A program made the position numbers and the translations under genes. From positions 145,224-209,223 of the forward strand of contig JBIIZQ010000001.1 in the NCBI GenBank assembly GCA_044346175.1: 64,000 nt of DNA. The letters are read 5' to 3'. Under the pieces are notes generated by a model, which worked only from the letters and a program-made list of their open reading frames with translations, ran no database searches and was not told the origin of the DNA. How positions within the stretch are numbered: the first letter of the stretch is position 1; each line of letters begins with the position of its first letter. This document shows, piece by piece, positions 58,957 to 64,000 of this stretch. This DNA comes from Vampirovibrionales bacterium (GTDB taxonomy: Bacteria > Cyanobacteriota > Vampirovibrionia > Vampirovibrionales > JAJTHC01).

Positions 58957-59283
58957 TTATAACACTTGAAACTCTACGTTTTCAATGGCATGGCTAAGCG
59001 TGTGGTAACTTACTTGCTTGGCAACCACTTGAAGACCATCCAAGTGAGGCAAGGTAAACACACGTTGACCACGTTGGTAGGCCAAGCTAAACGCCTTAAC
59101 AGGTAACTGTAAAGAGACGGGAGCCTCTACGTTTCCGTACACTGTGGCGGGGATGAACCCTTCACGGCGAACCATACGGGGATTTTGTCCAGCTACACGG
59201 GCTTGAGAGCCTTCAATAGCCATGGCGGACTGGGAAGCAAGCAACTCGGTAAGTTCTTGTTTAGTATTATTGATAATTGGCAT
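58957..59283 (-). CDS. rplY: 50S ribosomal protein L25 (short form)
   Basis: 108 aa. REGFIPATVYG...LQVVAKQVSYHTLSHAIENVEF matches the L25 N-domain. Confidence 0.65.
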   Translation of the reverse strand: MPIINNTKQELTELLASQSAMAIEGSQARVAGQNPRMVRREGFIPATVYGNVEAPVSLQLPVKAFSLAYQRGQRVFTLPHLDGLQVVAKQVSYHTLSHAIENVEFQVL

Positions 59284-59346
59284 GTCGCAGAATCCTTAAA
59301 GGCTGATATCAAAAAGCTGACAAGGTCATGGAACCCAAAAAAGGGA

Positions 59347-59628
59347 CTAGCCTTGTAGAGACACACTATACTTATGGATACGTTGCATTAAACGAGATTT
59401 GTAACGAGCCACGGTATTTTTGTGGTAAATCCCTTTAAAAACGGCTTTATCCAAGAGGCTATGGACAGCACTCATGCTCGCTTGCACGGTGGGCATATCA
59501 GCTTTAAGCTCTAAGGAAGTACGTACTTTTTTAATGGCGGTACGTACAGCAGATTTATATTGACGGTTACGCTCTTGGTTACGAAGAGCGACTTGAGCCT
59601 TTTTAACGGCTGATTTATTTTTACGCAT
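59347..59628 (-). CDS. rpsT: 30S ribosomal protein S20
   Basis: 93 aa, basic, with the S20 helical pattern (KSAVKKAQVALRN...KSAVRTAIKK). Confidence 0.8.
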   Translation of the reverse strand: MRKNKSAVKKAQVALRNQERNRQYKSAVRTAIKKVRTSLELKADMPTVQASMSAVHSLLDKAVFKGIYHKNTVARYKSRLMQRIHKYSVSLQG

Positions 59629-60182
59629 AAGGGTAATACTCGGCTTCTATTAGTGTGGGCTAATATGATGAACGAACACAGACGCAACAAACGCAAATGC
59701 AATTAAACACGAGTCGAAGCGGTTTTGTACCTTACAAAGAGCTTACTTTGAAGACTGGAAGTAAAAGGTACCTCTTCATCATGTCATAAACATGCGATAA
59801 GGCAACGTTTGTACACGATGAGAGCGTGTTTATTTTAGGGTGTCAATAAGGTGTTAACATAGCACTTCTTTTTGTGGGCTTCTTTTTTGCATGCTTCTGT
59901 TTACCTCCTCCCTACCGACGCATGTCGGCATTCAGAAGTGCGAGTATCTCCTCTCGCCCTGTCACCCTGCACGCAGTGTCGGGGTCTCCCTTGAAGTAAG
60001 GTGTATGCCTTGTAAAAACATCGTCAATCAAGCGAGTGAATCAAGATGTTAAGCTTTTCCGCTTGTGATAATATTTAGAATGTGGTCTTCATATCCATAA
60101 AGTCATGATTGAAAACCCTGATAATCCCGCAAAACTTATTGAGGCGGTGTTATTAACTTATGAAAAAAGAAAAGAGGCATAA

Positions 60183-61214
60183 ATGAAAGTTGTGTCTTTC
60201 TTTGCAGGTGCTGGTGGGCTTGACCTCGGCTTTACACAAGCGGGGTTTGATGTGGTCTGGGCCAATGAATATGACAAAACGATTTGGGAAACCTTCCGAG
60301 CAAACCACCCTCATACTTTTTTAGATACACGTAGCATTACGGCGATTGAAGCGTGTGAAGTCCCAACTTGTGACGGTATTATCGGTGGACCACCCTGCCA
60401 AAGCTGGAGTGAAGCTGGTACACTACGAGGGATTCAAGATAAACGAGGACAACTCTTTTTTGACTTCATACGTATTTTAAAGGACAAGCAACCTAGGTTC
60501 TTTCTGGCTGAAAATGTACCAGGTATGCTACATGCCAGACACGCCGAATCCCTGCAAACCATTTTAGAACTCTTTGCCTCATGTGGCTATGATTTAAGTA
60601 TGCAACGACTCAATGCCGCTGATTATGGCGTGCCTCAAGATAGAAAGCGTGTCTTTTTCGTGGGTTATCGGCAAGACTTAAAACAAAGGTTTCAATTTCC
60701 AAGACCCACCACTTTTTTAAACTTTCAGAAAAAAACATTGCACGATGCAATTGCAGATTTACAACTCAGTGCAGTGCCAGCTTTACCTAAAAACAAAAGT
60801 AATCATGGGTTTTGCGAAGTGCCTAACCATGAGTACATGACAGGCGGTTTTTCAACTATTTATATGTCTCGGAACCGTGTACGTGCTTGGGATGAGGTTT
60901 CCTATACCATTCAAGCAGGTGGCAGACATGCCCCTTTGCACCCGCAAGCCCCCAAGATGATTCATGTGGGGCATAATCAAATGATATTTGATGCAGAACA
61001 CCTTGAGGCTTATCGGCGGTTGTCGGTAAGAGAATGTGCAAGAATCCAGACCTTCCCTGACGATTTTATTTTTCACTACAAAGATGTTGCCGTAGGTTAC
61101 AAAATGGTAGGCAATGCCGTACCCGTAGCCTTAGGCAAAGCCCTTGCTGATAAAATCATGGCAGACCTTTCCTCTGATTTAGTTCCAGCCCTACCCTTGG
61201 TTGCCACGATGTGA
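60183..61214 (+). CDS. dcm: DNA (cytosine-5)-methyltransferase, orphan
   Basis: Motif I FAGAGGLDLG, motif IV GGPPCQ(S)WS, ENV motif FLAENVPGM, and the C-terminal motif X. No adjacent endonuclease or vsr. Confidence 0.85.
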   Translation: MKVVSFFAGAGGLDLGFTQAGFDVVWANEYDKTIWETFRANHPHTFLDTRSITAIEACEVPTCDGIIGGPPCQSWSEAGTLRGIQDKRGQLFFDFIRILKDKQPRFFLAENVPGMLHARHAESLQTILELFASCGYDLSMQRLNAADYGVPQDRKRVFFVGYRQDLKQRFQFPRPTTFLNFQKKTLHDAIADLQLSAVPALPKNKSNHGFCEVPNHEYMTGGFSTIYMSRNRVRAWDEVSYTIQAGGRHAPLHPQAPKMIHVGHNQMIFDAEHLEAYRRLSVRECARIQTFPDDFIFHYKDVAVGYKMVGNAVPVALGKALADKIMADLSSDLVPALPLVATM

Positions 61215-61425
61215 GTGATGGTTTAATTTGAGAGGCAGTGATATTGATGCGAGCATCTTAATAGAACACTTCAGAAGTAATTCACTCTAGCATCCTCCAA
61301 AATTAAGAATTTGATAGCACCCTGTGATGACCCACGCAAGTTTTGGTGTCTTTTTAGGTTTGATATGTTTAGGTTTTTACTTTATGCAATTTTAGTGGTA
61401 CGCATGACAGGAGAATGTAAAGTTT

Positions 61426-61866
61426 ATGATGATGTCAGGTTTATCGTTACAGCCAAGTAGTACGCAACACATGATGGCAGCACCTCAAGGGCTTTCTCAA
61501 GGTATTACAGGGCGTTATGGAGGCGGTTTTTATCATCAGGCAGCGGCGGATGTCTTTGTAAGCGGGGGTGCTAAAGCCTTAGGGTATACGCCTACGGTGG
61601 CTGAAAGTGTCTTGCGGTCGGTTAAGAATATTTTCCCTAAAATAAGTGATATGCTTTCGGCACTTGTGGGCGGGCGTGTGGGTTACGATATGGGGCGTTC
61701 TGTTGCCACTACGGCACAGCTCTCTGAGCAACAAACACTCGCAGCAGGGGTGATAGGTGGTGTGAGTGGTGCAAGCATCGGGTTGAAATTTTCAAGATGG
61801 CTTAAGCATCATTTCGGTGCTGATATGTTTAAAGCGTTGAAAAACACTGTGATAGGCAATCATTAA
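61426..61866 (+). CDS. Gly-rich hypothetical protein
   Basis: 146-aa ORF downstream of dcm with no motif. Confidence 0.3.
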   Translation: MMMSGLSLQPSSTQHMMAAPQGLSQGITGRYGGGFYHQAAADVFVSGGAKALGYTPTVAESVLRSVKNIFPKISDMLSALVGGRVGYDMGRSVATTAQLSEQQTLAAGVIGGVSGASIGLKFSRWLKHHFGADMFKALKNTVIGNH

Positions 61867-62012
61867 ACAAGAAACAAGAGATACCTCATCCTTAAGATGC
61901 TTATCATATCTAAATAAGCGTGCATGCAAGTATACTTAAAACATGATGACATCCTTTAGTTGGGTGCTTCTTGAAAAATCATGATGTAATCCAGTAGAAA
62001 GTATCCTTAACC

Positions 62013-62948
62013 ATGCACACTCAATGCCAAGACATACCTTGTATACTGCCCCAAGGGTTTGTATTCAATACACCTCTTGTTTCTGTAAGTGCTTTGTATG
62101 AAGCCCTTCAAAAAGGTACGACCCTTCAGCTATGGGACGTACGCTATGCACTCCCTAACGCACCCTGTCGTGCTGAGGAGAGCTTTCAACAAAAACATCT
62201 TCCAGAGAGTCGTTTTGTGTGTCTCGACACAGACCTTTCTGTACCTGACCCACAAGGTCGCCCTCATATGATGCCTGCTGCTGATGTCTTTGCAACCCTC
62301 CTAGGGCGTTTGGACTATCATCCTCAGGTTCCTTTAGTCTTGGTTGACACAGGCGAGGGGTTACGAAGTGCTGCAAGAGTATGGTGGATGTTTCAGAGTG
62401 TAGGGCTGGAAAATGTCTGGTTACTCGATGGTGGTTTAAAAGCTTGGGAGCGTGAGGGTTTGCCCGTAACCCATACCCACAGTGCTACACCCTCCCTCAA
62501 AGAAGTTCTCCCTGCTACGGTGCAACGTATTCACGGCTGTATGAAGCCTGATAGGCTTCATCTTTACTGGTGCGATAAACAGGCTATTGACAACCGAGAC
62601 GTAGCCCGTACGCCTGTACTTGATGCCCGCATGCCTGAGCGTTTTTTAGGTACGGTTCCTGAGCCTCGTGCTGGGCTGCGTTCAGGACATATTGAGGGGT
62701 CGTGTAATATGCCTTTTCATCAGGTGTACGATACCGCTACTGGAAAGTTCTTGGCACCAGAAAAACTGCACGTGCTTTTATCCCCCTATATGAAAGATGC
62801 CACAAGTCTTTTTACCACTTGTGGTTCAGGTGTTACGGCTTGTAGTTTAGCAGTAGCGTTACGGCTTCTCGATACGGATGTAAACGCAAAGATACCTCCC
62901 GTAATGGTTTACGATGGTTCGTGGGCTGAATATGGTATGCAGTTTTAA
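62013..62948 (+). CDS. sseA: Two-domain rhodanese sulfurtransferase (thiosulfate/3-mercaptopyruvate type)
   Basis: Tandem rhodanese domains. The catalytic Cys is in CGSGVTAC. Confidence 0.7.
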   Translation: MHTQCQDIPCILPQGFVFNTPLVSVSALYEALQKGTTLQLWDVRYALPNAPCRAEESFQQKHLPESRFVCLDTDLSVPDPQGRPHMMPAADVFATLLGRLDYHPQVPLVLVDTGEGLRSAARVWWMFQSVGLENVWLLDGGLKAWEREGLPVTHTHSATPSLKEVLPATVQRIHGCMKPDRLHLYWCDKQAIDNRDVARTPVLDARMPERFLGTVPEPRAGLRSGHIEGSCNMPFHQVYDTATGKFLAPEKLHVLLSPYMKDATSLFTTCGSGVTACSLAVALRLLDTDVNAKIPPVMVYDGSWAEYGMQF

Positions 62949-63293
62949 ATACACCTTTCGTGTGGTGTACAACTCTTTACAAAACGTTACCTTGGTGTCG
63001 TATGTACTTCACAGATGTTTGTGTTAGTGTTTAATAATCCCTCTTCTTGTAGATGAATGTTGCGGTACACTCTATTGCAATCTTGCTAAGATAACCTTGT
63101 TAGGTATTTTAGTCATCAACATCACAAAAGCATTGAGGTGGTATTCAGATAGCAATCTTTTAGAAGATACTGGCTGATGCATTGTACACACTGTGCTTTG
63201 TGAATGGTTATCAATATTGTGTTCCTGCAATGGCATGTTTGATGTTGTGTTTTGTTTGCATATTATAGGCTTTTTAAGGCTTTGTTTTACACT

Positions 63294-64000
63294 ATGATGA
63301 TAATGCGTCGTTTTCTTCTAGGCTCCTTCTCGGTAGCATTATTTTGTTTAGCGTTACAATCGGGTACGCTAATGACGTTTGCAGATACTATGAATGTTGC
63401 TTCTGTAGGTGCTGGTCAAGTGGCTGGGCAAACTGCAGACATGGCTTTGTCTATCGGAAATCTCTTAGAGCAAGCCGCTAAAGCTGCAAATGCTAAAGAA
63501 TATGCAAAAGCAGAGTCCCTCTACCGTGAGTTAATGGCTCGCTACCCTCAAAATACAAATGTTTACGTGCGTTTAGCACAATTGTTACAACGTCAAGGTA
63601 AAACCCAAGACGCTGAAACTATCCGTATGACTGCCCGTGAAAAGTTTAACAATCCTTACTGGGCTTATTCCTACCTTCCCCCTGCTACAGGGAATCGTAA
63701 TGCGTGGGCAAAAGAGTCCTTGGCTCGTTTACAAGCAGCCAGCTTGAAAGAGCCTACCAATCCAGAAATTTTATTCTTGATGGGGAACGTAAGTCGTTTC
63801 TCTCAAAACACCAATGATGCTATCATGTACTATGATAAAGCACTTGCCATTAAAGCTGACTACATGGATGCCAAAATTGGTAAAGCCAATGCCTTGAATG
63901 CCATGGGTAAAGCGTCTGAAGCTGTGGCATTGTTTCAATCCGATGTGGCACAGTTAGCAGTTTCTGCAGCACCTACAACCCAAAATCCAGGGGAAGCCGT
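63294..64000 (+). CDS. Signal-peptide-bearing TPR-repeat protein, partial (runs off the window end)
   Basis: Not in the track (no stop). Manual translation gives MMIMRRFLLGSFSVALFCLALQSG..., followed by TPR-like helices (AKAESLYRELMARYPQN.., AIMYYDKALAIKADYMDAKIGKANAL). Confidence 0.5.
   Translation, partial: MMIMRRFLLGSFSVALFCLALQSGTLMTFADTMNVASVGAGQVAGQTADMALSIGNLLEQAAKAANAKEYAKAESLYRELMARYPQNTNVYVRLAQLLQRQGKTQDAETIRMTAREKFNNPYWAYSYLPPATGNRNAWAKESLARLQAASLKEPTNPEILFLMGNVSRFSQNTNDAIMYYDKALAIKADYMDAKIGKANALNAMGKASEAVALFQSDVAQLAVSAAPTTQNPGEA

Noticed and set aside
1-64000. Prophage or IS element, CRISPR array, rRNA, tRNA
   Set aside because: No integrase, transposase or phage structural signature is present. 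No regularly spaced direct repeats were seen. No rRNA-like or cloverleaf-compatible segment was found on inspection of all intergenic regions.

Overview
This 64-kb window looks like a bacterial chromosome segment of roughly 47-50% GC. It carries mostly housekeeping genes interrupted by one compositionally distinct island and several clusters of low-complexity protein genes. The lineage is uncertain. lpxD indicates a diderm. The sigma factor downstream of dnaG and the short four-domain S1 are closest in style to Firmicutes and other Terrabacteria. Many proteins carry Q/P/M-rich insertions or tails (DnaG, LpxD, OTCase, one SNF2 helicase), and intergenic spacers are unusually long.

Housekeeping content:
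- partial GNAT, a GT-D-like and a GT-A glycosyltransferase, then lpxD
- trxA
- rpsA
- a 1636-aa SWIM/SNF2 helicase
- asparaginase-II-like protein
- a lone flgE-like gene
- argG-argH-argF plus an unknown fourth gene
- gpmI
- SDR and 5'-nucleotidase
- grpE-dnaJ with no dnaK
- hemN with a W-rich membrane protein; panE
- dnaG-rpoD (macromolecular-synthesis arrangement; no rpsU seen)
- gmk, RibD_C reductase, rplY, rpsT
- an orphan C5 cytosine methyltransferase
- a two-domain rhodanese
- a partial TPR protein at the right edge

Most unusual is a ~5.1-kb AT-rich island at 32.5-37.6 kb. It encodes a PLD-nuclease/SNF2-helicase fusion overlapping a gene that embeds a sigma-70 regions 1.2-4.2 module between novel N- and C-terminal extensions. 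That sigma module is a recent paralogue of the housekeeping rpoD 15 kb away. The island ends in an exact 107-bp inverted copy of the 3' end of the dcm gene at 60.2-61.2 kb. One homologous inversion between the two copies would place an almost complete dcm next to the island.

Other notable features:
- Eight genes encode M/P/Q/G/N-rich low-complexity proteins, six of them consecutive at 22.4-30.2 kb. One ends in a CHAP domain; one has poly-Met tracts encoded by (CAT)n microsatellites.
- Candidate slipped-strand switches: G8 inside the membrane-protein gene, A8 inside the GT-A gene, G7 upstream of the SWIM/SNF2 gene.
- AT-hook motifs sit in the SWIM/SNF2 N-terminal tail.
- Several clean bidirectional terminators.

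I found no tRNA, rRNA, CRISPR array, transposase or integrase. CDS coordinates come from the supplied ORF track. The track's longest-ORF starts sometimes use TTG/GTG and probably overshoot the true start. Coordinates I counted by hand may be off by 1-2 nt.
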